Assembly (NCBI RefSeq): GCF_006345805.1
Contig: NC_043008.1
Coordinates: 79,484,001 to 79,548,000 of the forward strand
Source of the DNA: Octopus sinensis
Taxonomy: Eukaryota
DNA: 64,000 nt
Reading direction: 5' to 3'
Shown: positions 24,986-36,435 of the stretch, one piece after another
Layout: each line of letters starts with the position of its first letter
Position numbering within the stretch: the first letter of the stretch is position 1
The notes under the pieces: generated by a model
What the model was told of the DNA's origin: nothing
The model's input: the letters and a program-made list of their open reading frames with translations, nothing else
Databases searched by the model: none
Translations under genes and position numbers: made by a program

Positions 24986-26904
24986 AGTTTGTTACCACAG
25001 AGCCACACCTGCCCCTATGTATGTGTGTGTGTGTGTGTGTATGGGTAGATATATTATGCATGTATATATGTGTATATATATATGTATACATATTACATGT
25101 ACATCTATATATATACATCTACACATAAAATACAAAATACAAAGTTATATCTTGATATCGCTAGTGATAACAATACTCAAAATATATAACAGACTGGAAT
25201 TGTAAGCCCGTCTCTTGCAATTTCGACCAATCGGATCTTGTTCTCCCTCTTGTATAGAAGTGTACGGCTGCAGCGAAATTCATTTTTGGACTTTCTTCTA
25301 TCGAAGGCATTTAAACAAAAATGCTTCCGTAAAGACGGTGAAAATATAGTCAATTTCCCCAAACAGGGACACAATTCAATTTTTAAACAATAAGCAAAGG
25401 GGAAGGTTACGGTTTACAATTATTTAAGAAATGCAACACAACAACGTTTCATTGACGAGGAACCAACAAACGTGATTACAATAGTCAAACAGTAATAATA
25501 ATAACAAACCTTTTTAATTTATTCCCATTTATATGAAACCATTTATTCAAGTTGAAGTCATTGATCAAATTTTATACGAATTGCTAATACACACTCACAC
25601 ATAATAAGGGTGAAAAATTTAATATTAATTTGATTAATATGAATTGAAAACCAGTGGTGTAGCATATAAGACCATAGCGGATCTTCCTCTAGCAAAAAGG
25701 ATGACCAGTATTAATGGCTCATCCCTGTTATATAAATACTTTCACTTTAATTGTTGCACACTTGCAAAGAGAAAGTGGGAGAGAGTGAAGCACTTGAAAT
25801 GAGAGAGGCAAATCGTAAAATATTGAGTTTTCTCGAATTTTTGCTTAATTGGGGGTCAAATTGAAAAAACTTTACATGCCATGACCCAATCGAATCTACT
25901 TGCAAAAATCATAGGTAAATTCCAATTGAAGAAATTCTATATTGTAGAATTGTTTTAAAAAGAAACATGGGAACAGGCAGAGAAAATCTGCCTTTTATCA
26001 TAAGAGTTTCAACTAGTATCCGAAGTTTCAAACTGTTTAGTTAAAAAAATAATTGAAAAATCTGTTACTGAGATTGAAAAGCTCCAAGAAATGTGTAAAT
26101 GAGACATATTACAACTTGAGATTGAAACAGAACTGGTAAGCAACGTTTTATTCTCCATTATAAAATACAATGATTGCCAAATATGAATTAACATAACAGG
26201 TTATTACAAAGATCTGTGAGAGAACTTTGTGGTTAAGCTGGACTGTTGATGTTGTGGACTGTTGGTGGTTTGTAGAGGCAACCGTTGGTGTGTGGTCTTC
26301 ATGCAGCATTGATGTAAGCAGGTGTCTGGTGGAGATGAAAGCAGAGACTGACTGGTGTCAGAACATCGTTGCTGGAGACGAGTTGCATGTGATCAGTGGC
26401 ATGTGCCAAAGACCTAGAACAGTCAAGAACTGCTGTACTTATAGGGAATATTGGGCTCCCAGAAGCTGGTGATTAATTTACCGCATAATTCACTTAATCA
26501 CGAGGTCATGTAACCAATGGAATGAAAAGGCCTTGTGGAGCCGATATTGGGGTATTTAAACCTAGATGAGTCAAAATCAAAACGTCTCACACAATGACAG
26601 TGCATATCACTTCTGCTACAAGATCATCACTTTTTACCATTTTTGTGGTGCTGCCACTTGATTTGATGCCCCAAGCACATGCTTATTTTACTTTATAGTT
26701 AATCTGGCACTGGTTGTGCCATGTGCCCCATTTAATATGTTTAACATTCAGTATATATATATATCTGAAATTCTGAATTTTCAACTATCTTGAGCGACTT
26801 GCCGTCTCCCACTTTCACTGACAGGCATTTCGTAGTTGAATACTTGCAGCTCCTTTATGGAGGACCATGGGAACCACTGGTCTACATAGCTTTATACTCC
26901 TCTG

Positions 26905-27025
<121 letters not shown>

Positions 27026-27029
27026 CTTT

Positions 27030-27460
27030 CACCATCTTGCTTTCACCATCCCTCTCCTTCTCCCTCTCTCTGTCGTTGCCCTGACAGACATTGAAACTTT
27101 TCACCAGTAAGCTAGCCAGTTTTCCTCCGCTATATTCATTCTTTTTTCTAACACAACAATGTATCATTATTATACACATACGTGCCTAAGATGTTTCTTG
27201 CAGTCTAGTGTGGTCATCTTTTGAAGAAAACATGCTATTTTCTCTTTTTTCTTCAATTCACTGCCCAGAGAACTATATCTTCCAGCTTGCTGGTTTGTAA
27301 GTCACTCTCTAGATAGTTTTATGCCCCTCCATCCCACTCTCACCTGCTTTCTCTATCACTCTCCTTCTCCCTCTCTTTATTGTTACCCTGACAGACTTTG
27401 AAACTTTTCAATAGTAAGCTTGCCCTTTTCCATCTGCAAAATGTATTCTTTTTACTAACA

Positions 27461-27518
<58 letters not shown>

Positions 27519-28525
27519 GGTTGTCCCTCAGGACACCCCAAGACTGTTTCCACACATTTTCCCCACTCATCTCAATCTTCCATAATGGTCCTCAGCTCCA
27601 GTAACCCTTCCATACCAGTATCCTCCAGCAAGTTGTCAATATAGGTCGCCTTCTTCCTTCCTCTCCTGATTCTTCCTTCTGTTGGTTGTCAGAGCACTAA
27701 CTTGTTAGCAATTTCATTGGTATGTCTGATGCAGTGTCCAGATAGCCTCATCCTTCTATGTTGTATCTTCTATGTTACTTTCGGTAATCCCTGCTATAAG
27801 TCAGCATTTGTTGTATTACTCTTCCAGGAGACACTGAGTGCTATTCTAAGCATCCTTGTATAACAACCGTCCAATTGCTTCTTCAATGCTTTAGTTAGCA
27901 CCCATGTTTCAGCCCCGTATAGTACCTTACCTCTTCACCATAGTTCTGAGCTATGTAAAGCGTAAAACATACAAGGGCGAGGAAGAAGAACTGGCATTCA
28001 AACTGCATAGGCAAAGAAGTAGACAACATCAAGCAGTAACAGTAACTGACCTAGACTATGCTGATGACCTGGTATTACTAACTGAGAGGACAGATCAGTC
28101 ACAGGAGGTGCTGAGCAGATTAGAACAGGAATCAGGGAAGGTAGGATTGTACTGTAATGCAAAGAAAACAGAGCTGCAAGTATTCAACTACGAAATGCCT
28201 GTCAGTGAAAGTGGGAGACGGCAAGTCACTCAAGATAGTTGAAAATTTCAAATACCTTGGTGTGTGGACACAAAGTACTGAAAAAGATATTGTAGCAAGG
28301 CAAGCTCTTGCCTGGAGTGCATGCCATAAATTGAGAAAAGTGTGGAGCTCAAAGTTAGCAAGGAAATTGAAAATGATGTTGTTTCTGGCAATAGTGGAGT
28401 CTGTTCTAACATAGCTATGTATTATTATACACATACATGCCTAGAGTGGTCATCTTTTGAAGAAAACATGCTGTTCTCCCTCTATATGTCTCCCAGCTTG
28501 CTGGTTCGTAAGTCACTGTCTAGAT
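27030..28525. repeat. Diverged tandem duplication of about 300 bp (27030-27330; 27340-27463 plus 28406-28525); the second copy is split by a LINE
   Basis: Shared CCCTGACAGAC.TTGAAACTTTTCA, TTATACACATAC.TGCCTA, GTGGTCATCTTTTGAAGAAAACATGCT and CCAGCTTGCTGGTT.GTAAGTCACT.TCTAGAT. Confidence 0.85.
27464..28405 (-). mobile_element. RTE-clade LINE, 5'-truncated and 5'-inverted, with (TAGA)n tail and 8-bp TSD
   Basis: Minus part 27922-27519: LYGAETWVLTKAL...GHCIRH...RRGRKKATYID. Plus part 27923-28408: PYLF...DLDYADD...NAKKTE...FKYLG...ESVL. TSD CTAACATA at 27456-27463 and 28406-28413. Confidence 0.88.
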
Positions 28526-28644
28526 CAGTGGTACCTAAACTTTTCCCAGTGGTTCTCAACAGTTGTTCCAAACCCTTTTCTTTAAATGAGTTGTCCCACC
28601 GACCCCTTTTGATATGCTTATCCTCCAATATTTACTTTTATTAG

Positions 28645-28830
28645 TTTCAGTTGTTTGACTGTGGCCATGCCGGAGCACTGCCTTTTAGTCAAAGAAATCA
28701 ACCCCAGGACAAATTCTCTGTAAGCCTGGCACTTATTCTATCAGTCTCTTTTGCCGAACCACTAGATTATGGGGATGTAAATATACCAACGTCGGTTTCC
28801 AAATGATGGTGGGGGGGGTCAAACAAAGAC
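28645..28830. mobile_element. SINE-like repeat family S2; other copies about 35500-35655, 35850-35990, 45600-45815 and a tail at 5329-5360
   Basis: Recurrent GACTGTGGCC/T.TGC.GGAGCACTG ... TATTCTATCAGTCTCTTT.GCCGAAC..CTAAGTTA.GGGGA.GTAAA ... GGTTGT.AAGC..TG.TGGG...ACAAA. Confidence 0.65.
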
Positions 28831-29036
28831 ACATATGTCAATATATATATAAATATATATATATATATACGATGGGCTTCTCTCAGTTTCCGTCTACCAA
28901 ATCCACTCACAAGGCTTTGGTCAGCCTGAGGCTGTAGCAGAAGACACTTGCCCAAGGTCCCATGCAGTGGGGCTGAACCCACAGCCATGTGGTTCAGAAG
29001 CAAGCTTCTTACCACACAGTCACACTGCACTTGTGT

Positions 29037-29108
<72 letters not shown>

Positions 29109-29409
29109 TATATATATATATACATAAATATATAATGGTGTCTGTCTCTCTGTGTATTTGGGGTTACTCTAACTCCTCCCACACCGTCGAACTGATTCTA
29201 ATGATTTTTGACACATCAGTAGATCACATGCCCTGAAGTTCAAATATGGCCAGAATTTTCCGAAAACTCAACAATGGCATCTATTTTTGTGAGCTCAATC
29301 GGGTGTTTGAATGGAAATTTCCATAATGATGTTATTTTTCCTGCGGCTTTTGCATTTTTTCATGTGTAAAATTTCAACTATGCTATCTCACACTGAGTGC
29401 TGACCTCAT

Positions 29410-29772
29410 TTAGCATGGTTGCACAACAATGAGGGTTGCAGTTGATCCAATCAATGGAACAGCCTGCTCGTGAAATTAACGTGCAAGTGGCTGAACACTC
29501 CACAGACACGTGTACCCTTAACATAGAGAGATTCAGCATGACAGAGTGTGACAAAGCTGGCTTTAAAATACAGGTACAACAGAAACAGGAAGAAAGAGTG
29601 TGAGAAAGTTGTGGTGAAAGAGTACAACAGAGTTTGCTACCACCCCCTGCCGGAGCCACATGGAGCTTTGAGGGTTTTTACTCAATAAACACTCACAACG
29701 CCCGGTCTGGGAATTGAAACCACAATCGTAGGACTGTGAGTCTGCGGCCCTAACCACTAGGCCATTGAACCT
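29410..29772 (-). mobile_element. tRNA-derived SINE
   Basis: Minus strand head TGGCCTAGTGGTTAG (A box) ... GGTTTCAATTCC (B box), followed by a repeat body. Confidence 0.65.
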
Positions 29773-31187
29773 CAATGGTAAGAGAATATATAATTTATGA
29801 AAATATGAGAACAATTATGAACAAATATATGTGATATTTGATACAGATATATATTATATGCACAAATATGTACATACACACATACATGCTAACAGAGATA
29901 ACTTTTCTGTTATATTTTCTGTAATGAACTGGAATATCTATGTTTCGAATTTCATCAAAATTGCAGATGAGGGTTATTTCTCGCTTTACACACCCTAAAA
30001 AAATTGTAATCATGCCACATGTATCCCATACTACTGATTTTTATGCGCATATTCCAAAATTCCAGTCTTATTGAACCTGTTAAAAAGATTTTGCTCCTGA
30101 AAAATGAAAGTCATGGAACTCTAAAATGTGAGAGTTAAGGCCCCTGTTGGGGGTGGGTGTCCTAATGTCAACCAGAGAAGTTGAATTGTTGAGAATCTTT
30201 TTAACTTGGGTCTTATATCTATTGTTTGAATTTCTTTGAAATAGGAAATATATGTTCACTGGGTTTGTAAAAGAGAGTAAAGCTTCAGGAAACCAAAAGA
30301 CAAATGATCATAATGAGCAGTCAGTTACCCTAGTCGTTACCACCCCCAATGTAGGATTCCTCACCATCCAGGTGACAGGCACAGCTGTGAGATGCATTAT
30401 GAATCTATAGCAATTGGAAGGGCGTGACCCAACTGATATCAACATTAATAACTGTGTGACATGAGGGCTAAGGAGAAATGAAAATGTCACCTCTGGAGTT
30501 TGCAAATGACCACTATACTGATACGTAACTGGACAGAATAAATTTACAATCTATAAATGTCTTTGAATAACCAGTCACTCATCTGGGAAGGCCTTGAAAT
30601 CAATGTTACCATCTGGGGACTATGTGTAACCCAGTGATAATAAAAAGACTGAAAGGAGGTCTGCAATCAAATAACTTTACTCAACACTTTGCAACTGAAT
30701 CAGTGGAGGCAAAGATGCCTCTCATTTACTTGACAATTTATGCACCACATTGCAGAAATCACAATGTAAGTGTATGTCAAAGCAAACTGTTACACTGTTG
30801 TACCATTGAATTACAAATAATGCTCAACTTTTACGCTCGGGGAACCCTACAGCTTACAAGAGCACAACTGTATTCGTTTTTGCTTAGAGAAAATGACAAA
30901 ATTGTGGGTGTTAAGTCCCCATGGAGGGGGTCTTTCTAACTTGTAAGAAGATGAAATTTTATAAATATTACTGCATTTGTGTGTAATATCTATGGTTAAA
31001 ATTTCATCAACAGCAAAAATATATGAATTGTCATGGGAGTTATGGCCTTTATGCATAGAATATAATTTCCAAATTTCATTAAGATCCATTCAATACTTTT
31101 GACCTAGTTTTGGATCATAAAAGAAATTACTAAAATTTGGGACTTAAGGCCCCCATTAGGGTATTATATATAAATATATATATATAT

Positions 31188-31384
31188 AATTGCAGCGTGG
31201 AAGGTGTTTGTAAGCCATTTAAGAAACACACAAAAGCCGTTCGATTCACGGATTTTTGTCAGTGAACAGGTCGCGGATTTTAGCGATGAAAATATTTTGA
31301 CAAATTAAACTTAAATGTTGAAGTGAATCGAACGGCTTTTGTGTGTTTCTTAAATGGCTTACAAACACCTTCCACACTGCAATT
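31188..31384. repeat. 62-bp inverted repeat (31188-31249 and 31323-31384, one mismatch) around a 73-bp spacer
   Basis: AATTGCAG(C/T)GTGGAAGGTGTTTGTAAGCCATTTAAGAAACACACAAAAGCCGTTCGATTCAC and its reverse complement. Confidence 0.92.
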
Positions 31385-31439
31385 GTTTTTGTTTCAGCAC
31401 ACGATCTCAGATCAAATTACTTGCTATGCGAGTACATCT

Positions 31440-31475
<36 letters not shown>

Positions 31476-31695
31476 TCAATATAGGGTGGCAAAAAAATTT
31501 TGTAGAATTTTTTTGCCACCAGCGGCCTAGTGGGAAAAAATTAAATAGTCATAGACCATTTATAAGTTCAACATCACAATCAAGGAACGGCCATAATAGG
31601 CCATTCACCCACTAGAAATAACAGCCAAAGCTTCAACCGCAAAATAACATTAATTCCGCAAACCAGGAGAAAATTAAAAAAACATTTACCCTGTA

Positions 31696-31802
31696 ATTTC
31701 TTATACGATGCACCGTTTCATCTATTGTTTAATGGTAAACTAACCTGATTAAATTAAATCAAGCCAATCTTCCATAGGCCCTTAGATTCGTCAGTAAGAA
31801 AT
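31696..31802 (-). ncRNA. Type I hammerhead ribozyme, family A, inverted copy
   Basis: Same motif as 32614-32720 on the minus strand, with a GUA cleavage triplet. Confidence 0.8.
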
Positions 31803-32124
31803 AGCCAGATCGGAACAGATATTTTCACGAGGCACTTCTGTCCCTGCCTCGGCAATATCTGACCTAAAATTTTCAAATCATCGCACTCGCGATTTAATTT
31901 TTTCCCACTAGGCCGCTGGTGGCAAAAAAATTCTACAAAATTTTCTTGCCACCCTATATTGATTAATTATGAATTTTCTGGTTGATTCCGTAATGGAATC
32001 GGCGGCTTATATTTATTTGCTGCCGATAAATTTGGCGCGAGTGCGATGATTTGAAAATTTTAGGTCAGATATTGCCGAGGCAGGGACAGAAGTGCCTTGT
32101 GAAAATATCTGTTCCGATCTGGCT

Positions 32125-32231
32125 ATTTCTTACTGACGAATCTAAGGGCCTATGGAAGATTGGCTTGATTTAATTTAATCAGGTTAGTTTACCATTAAAC
32201 AATAGATGAAACGGTGCATCATATAAGAAAT
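32125..32231 (+). ncRNA. Type I hammerhead ribozyme, family A, variant copy
   Basis: As 32614-32720, but the triplet is AUA (32221-32223), which breaks one stem III pair. Confidence 0.7.
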
Positions 32232-32613
32232 TACAGGGTAAATGTTTTTTTAATTTTCTCCTGGTTTGCGGAATTAATGTTATTTTGCGGTTGAAGCTTT
32301 GGCTGTTATTTCTAGTGGGTGAATGGCCTATTATGGCCGTTCCTTGATTGTGATGTTGAACTTATAAATGGTCTATGACTATTTAATTTTTTCCCACTAG
32401 GCCGCTGGTGGCAAAAAAATTCTACAAAATTTTTTTGCCACCCTATATTGATTAATTATAAATTTTCTGGTTGATTCCGTAATGGAATCGGCGGCTTATA
32501 TTTATTTGCTGCCGATAAATTTGGCGCGAGTGCGATGATTTGAAAATTTTAGGTCAGATATTGCCGAGGCAGGGACAGAAGTGCCTTGTGAAAATATCTG
32601 TTCCGATCTGGCT

Positions 32614-32720
32614 ATTTCTTACTGACGAATCTAAGGGCCTATGGAAGATTGGCTTGATTTAATTTAATCAGGTTAGTTTACCATTAAACAATAGATGAAA
32701 CGGTGCATCGTATAAGAAAT
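32614..32720 (+). ncRNA. Type I hammerhead ribozyme, family A
   Basis: Stem I ATTTCTTA/TAAGAAAT (8 bp); core CTGACGA at 32622-28; stem II ATCTA/TAGAT with a 58-nt loop; GAAA at 32697-700; stem III ACGGT/ATCGT; GTA cleavage after 32712. Confidence 0.82.
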
Positions 32721-32838
32721 TACAGGGTAAATGTTTTTTTAATTTTCTCCTGGTTTGCGGAATTAATGTTATTTTGCGGTTGAAGCTTTGGCTGTTATTT
32801 CTAGTGGGTGAATGGCCTATTATGGCCGTTCCTTGATT

Positions 32839-32898
<60 letters not shown>

Positions 32899-33091
32899 TA
32901 ATACTAAGCAATTAAGGGTTTAGCAATGAATTGCCTTACTGCACACCGAATTTAGAAATAGCAGTCAAAGAGATTATAGCTATTTCTTCTACTAAAAGGG
33001 AGATCACAGTAAAGACACAGCATTTGAAAGGCAAACACAAACAGGTAGGAGAGAATGAATTAACGGCAATCTATCATACAGTTTTAAGTCA

Positions 33092-33183
33092 CCTACGGAC
33101 GTACGTTTCGAGATCAAGTCTTAGGAAAGCATAAGAATTAGATAATTCTACCTTACCCAGACTTCTTCTCTCATCAGCGCAGG
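33092..33183 (-). ncRNA. Type I hammerhead ribozyme, family B
   Basis: On minus: stem I CCTGCG/CGTAGG; CTGATGA; stem II GAGA+AAGTCT / AGACTT+TCTC; GAAA; minimal stem III AC-GTAC-GT (palindromic); GTC cleavage. Confidence 0.82.
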
Positions 33184-33283
33184 ATACAAACAATCATGAA
33201 TGATTGAATATTGAATTTTGAGATACTAGAAGGCACCAACTCAACTCAGTATCAGAGCGAGCTAGAAGCCCGGTTTCGCATTT

Positions 33284-33520
33284 CATCATCATCATCATCA
33301 TCATCGTTTAACGTCCGTTTTCCGGACGGTTTCGACCGGGGTCTGGGGAGCTAGGGACTGCCCCAGGCTCCAATCTAGTCTGGCAGTGTTTCTACAGCTG
33401 GATGCCCTTCCTAACGCCAACCACTCCGCGAGTGTAGTGGGTGTTTTTTACGTGCCACCTGCACAGGTGCCAGAGGGGTCTGGCATCGGCCACGTTCGGA
33501 TGGTGCTTTTTATGTGGGGG
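33284..33520 (-). mobile_element. 3' UTR fragment of an RTE-clade LINE with (GAT)n tail; other copies about 16480-16690, 45350-45575, 47760-48232, 56590-56645 and 62143-62735
   Basis: Shared CATCATCGTTTAACGTCC...GGATGCCCTTCCTAACGCCAACCACTCC...GTGCCAC. The copy at 52515-53388 is continuous with RTE coding sequence. Confidence 0.75.
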
Positions 33521-33785
33521 GGGGTGCAGAAATATAGGGGAGCACCAGTGGGGAGGGGTGGTTCAGAGAAATGATGACAGGTTCTAGGCAAGTAGAACGT
33601 AGGATATCAAGAGAGGGGTAATGCATGGTGAAATAGCGTATTGAAGAGGGGTTCGAAGAGTAGACACCTATAATGGTGGTGGGAGAAGCGACATCCGGTA
33701 TAGATGGAGCAAAAATATAGAGATATCCGGTATTGGTGGTGGGGGTGGGCAGGGCGGGTGCACCGCGAATACACGATGGTTGATT

Positions 33786-34250
33786 ATAGAGAAATTAGAT
33801 AAAAATAGTTAGATAGATAAGAAAGCATGTATGATCGATCGAGAAGTGAAAATAAATAAGCATTCAAACTTATCTGCGCTCGGGTGCTAGATGAATGAAT
33901 GAGAGAGCAAATGATGGGGCTGCCTTTTTTAAGTAAAAATTGTCCGGAAGAGGAATTTTTGGACAAGGCGGAAGTGTATTAAAGGAACAGGCTTCAAGAT
34001 GGCGGATTATAGTCGAGAGGAGAAATGGATAAATTAGTTAAATAGTCGAGAGGAGAAATGGATAAATTAGTTAAAATAATTAGATAGAGAAATTAGATAA
34101 AAATAGTTAGATAGATAAGAAAGCATGTATGATCGATCGAGAAGTGAAAATAAATAAGCATTCAAACTTATCTGCGCTCGGGTGCTAGATGAATGAATGA
34201 GAGAGCAAATGATGGGGCTGCCTTTTTTAAGTAAAAATTGTCCGGAAGAG
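33786..34250. repeat. 167-bp direct repeat (33786-33952 and 34084-34250) with a 33-bp tandem pair between the copies
   Basis: ATAGAGAAATTAGATAAAAATAG...TCCGGAAGAG occurs twice; ATAGTCGAGAGGAGAAATGGATAAATTAGTTAA occurs twice from 34009. Confidence 0.9.
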
Positions 34251-35153
34251 CTCTTCAAATTTCTTGCGATGTAATGTTTATCTTTAATAGCGTTATCCTT
34301 GTGTTTTTGCTACGGAGAGTTCTAAATAAAGGAAGGTAGTGCGTGATTTCTTCCGGTGTAAGGGAGATAATCGCTTAAAAAAATTTTTTTTCCTTTTTCT
34401 CTTAGTGTGAATTTCTCTGTATTATTATGTTTGGATAGTTGAGTCTGGGTTTGTACTTTTCAATGAAGAATGTTTCCTTGTATAGTCTAATTTGTGTTGA
34501 TGATCCGAAAGCACATTGGTAAAATGGAAAGATTAAAAATTGTGGTTGTAGTTGCTTTGCGCATTTCTCAATGTGCTCACTAAAAGGTATCATTCTATAT
34601 TCTGGGAATGCAATCTGTTGTCGATGCAGTGTGCATCTACGTCTGAGTGATAGTCCCGTGGACCCCACGTAGTCTTGGTGGCAGCCCGAGCATTTTATCA
34701 CATAAATTATGTTTTCAGAGGCACAAGTAAAGTTAGATTTGATCTTGAATTTCTGTCCCTCTTTAAATTTCTGTCCCTCGACAACAGATTGCATTCCCAG
34801 AATATAGAATGATACCTTTTAGTGAGCACATTGAGAAATGCGCAAAGCAACTACAACCACAATTTTTAATCTTTCCATTTTACCAATGTGCTTTCGGATC
34901 ATCAACACAAATTAGACTATACAAGAAAACATTCTTCATTGAAAAGTACAAACCCAGACTCAACTATCCAAACATAATAATACAGAGAAATTCACACTAA
35001 GAGAAAAAGGAAAAAAATTTTTTTTAAGTGATTATCTCCCTTACACCGGAAGAAATCATGCACTACCTTCCCTTATTTAGAACTCTCCGTAGCAAAAACA
35101 CAAGGATAACGCTATTAAAGATAAACATTACGTCGCAAGAAATTTGAAGAGCT
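34249..35153. mobile_element. Penelope-like element 3' end (GIY-YIG) with an inverted partial copy: arms 34249-34624 and 34778-35153
   Basis: Minus ORF 34402-34794: FTCASENIIYVIKCSGCHQDYVGSTG...RRRCTLH...IFPFYQC. The arms are 376 bp with about 5 substitutions. Confidence 0.88.
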
Positions 35154-35349
35154 AAATGCGAAACCGGTCTTTCTTTAAAAATTATAAAATTATGTCATTA
35201 TAAGGAGGGAAAAAAAATTTTTCCAATATTCTCCAGACATATTGACGCAAATATATATATTCTTTAACATTTAAGCTTTCTGTCGTTTTTTCACTCTTTA
35301 CTATTTTCTTATATATTCACCCACGTGCTTTCACAAACAAACTTTCTTA

Positions 35350-35383
<34 letters not shown>

Positions 35384-35398
35384 TATAGAGAGAGAGAG

Positions 35399-35429
<31 letters not shown>

Positions 35430-35735
35430 GATAGAGATAGAGATATACACACACACACACATACAAAGAGGAATTGATAGGTACAACTGAGTGGGCAAAC
35501 AAAAATATGAGACACAGCCTAGTGCTTATTTTAGGTTGATAAGCCTGGTATGTATTCTATGAGTTTGTTCTTGTGAAACCAGTAAGTAATGGGGATGTAA
35601 ATAAATGAACAGCGGTTGTGGAGCAGTGATGAGGGCAAAACACAGAGACAAAGACACACACATACACTTACATATATACATACATATATATATATATATA
35701 CAATTGAATTGTTTCAGTTCCTGTCTACAAAATCC

Positions 35736-35777
<42 letters not shown>

Positions 35778-36189
35778 TTACACACACACACACACACAAA
35801 GATAAATGGATAGATACAACTGAGTGGGCAAACAAAAATATGAGACACTGCCTAGTGTTTTTTTTTTATTTTGATAAGCTTGGTACTTATTCTATCAGTT
35901 TCTTCTTGTGAAACCACTAAGTTCTGGGGATGTAAATAAACGAACACCAGTTGTGAAGCAGTGATGAGGGAGAAACACAAAGGCACACACATAGACTTAC
36001 ATATATACATACATATACATACAATTGATTTCTTTCAGTTTCTCTCTACAAAATCCACTGATAAGGCTTTGGTTGGTCTGAGGCTATAGCAGAAGACACA
36101 TGCCAAGTTACCACACAGTGGGACTGAACTGAGGACCATGTGCTTTGGAACCAAGTTTGTTACCACACAGCCACACCTGCACCTATGTA

Positions 36190-36225
<36 letters not shown>

Positions 36226-36404
36226 GGTGTATATATGTACGCATGTATATATATTTATATATATGTGTACATATGACATGTACATCTATATTATATACAC
36301 CTACACATACATGTATACATATACATCTATACATATACATGTATACATATAGATGTATACATATACAGCTATACATATACATGTATACATATACATCTAC
36401 ATAT

Positions 36405-36435
<31 letters not shown>

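Larger units (their letters stand above)
31469..32843. repeat. Non-coding 489-bp repeat array: one inverted partial unit (31469-31891) plus two direct units (31892-32380, 32381-32843), bounded by (TA)n
   Basis: Unit start ATTTAATTTTTTCCCACTAGG recurs at 31892 and 32381. The copies differ at only a few positions. No ORF of 60 aa or more in the track. Confidence 0.93.

Noticed and set aside
29680-29772. tRNA-like A/B boxes (also 16100-16190 and the S1 heads)
   Set aside because: No full cloverleaf or acceptor stem, and they continue into repeat bodies, so they are SINE heads rather than tRNA genes.
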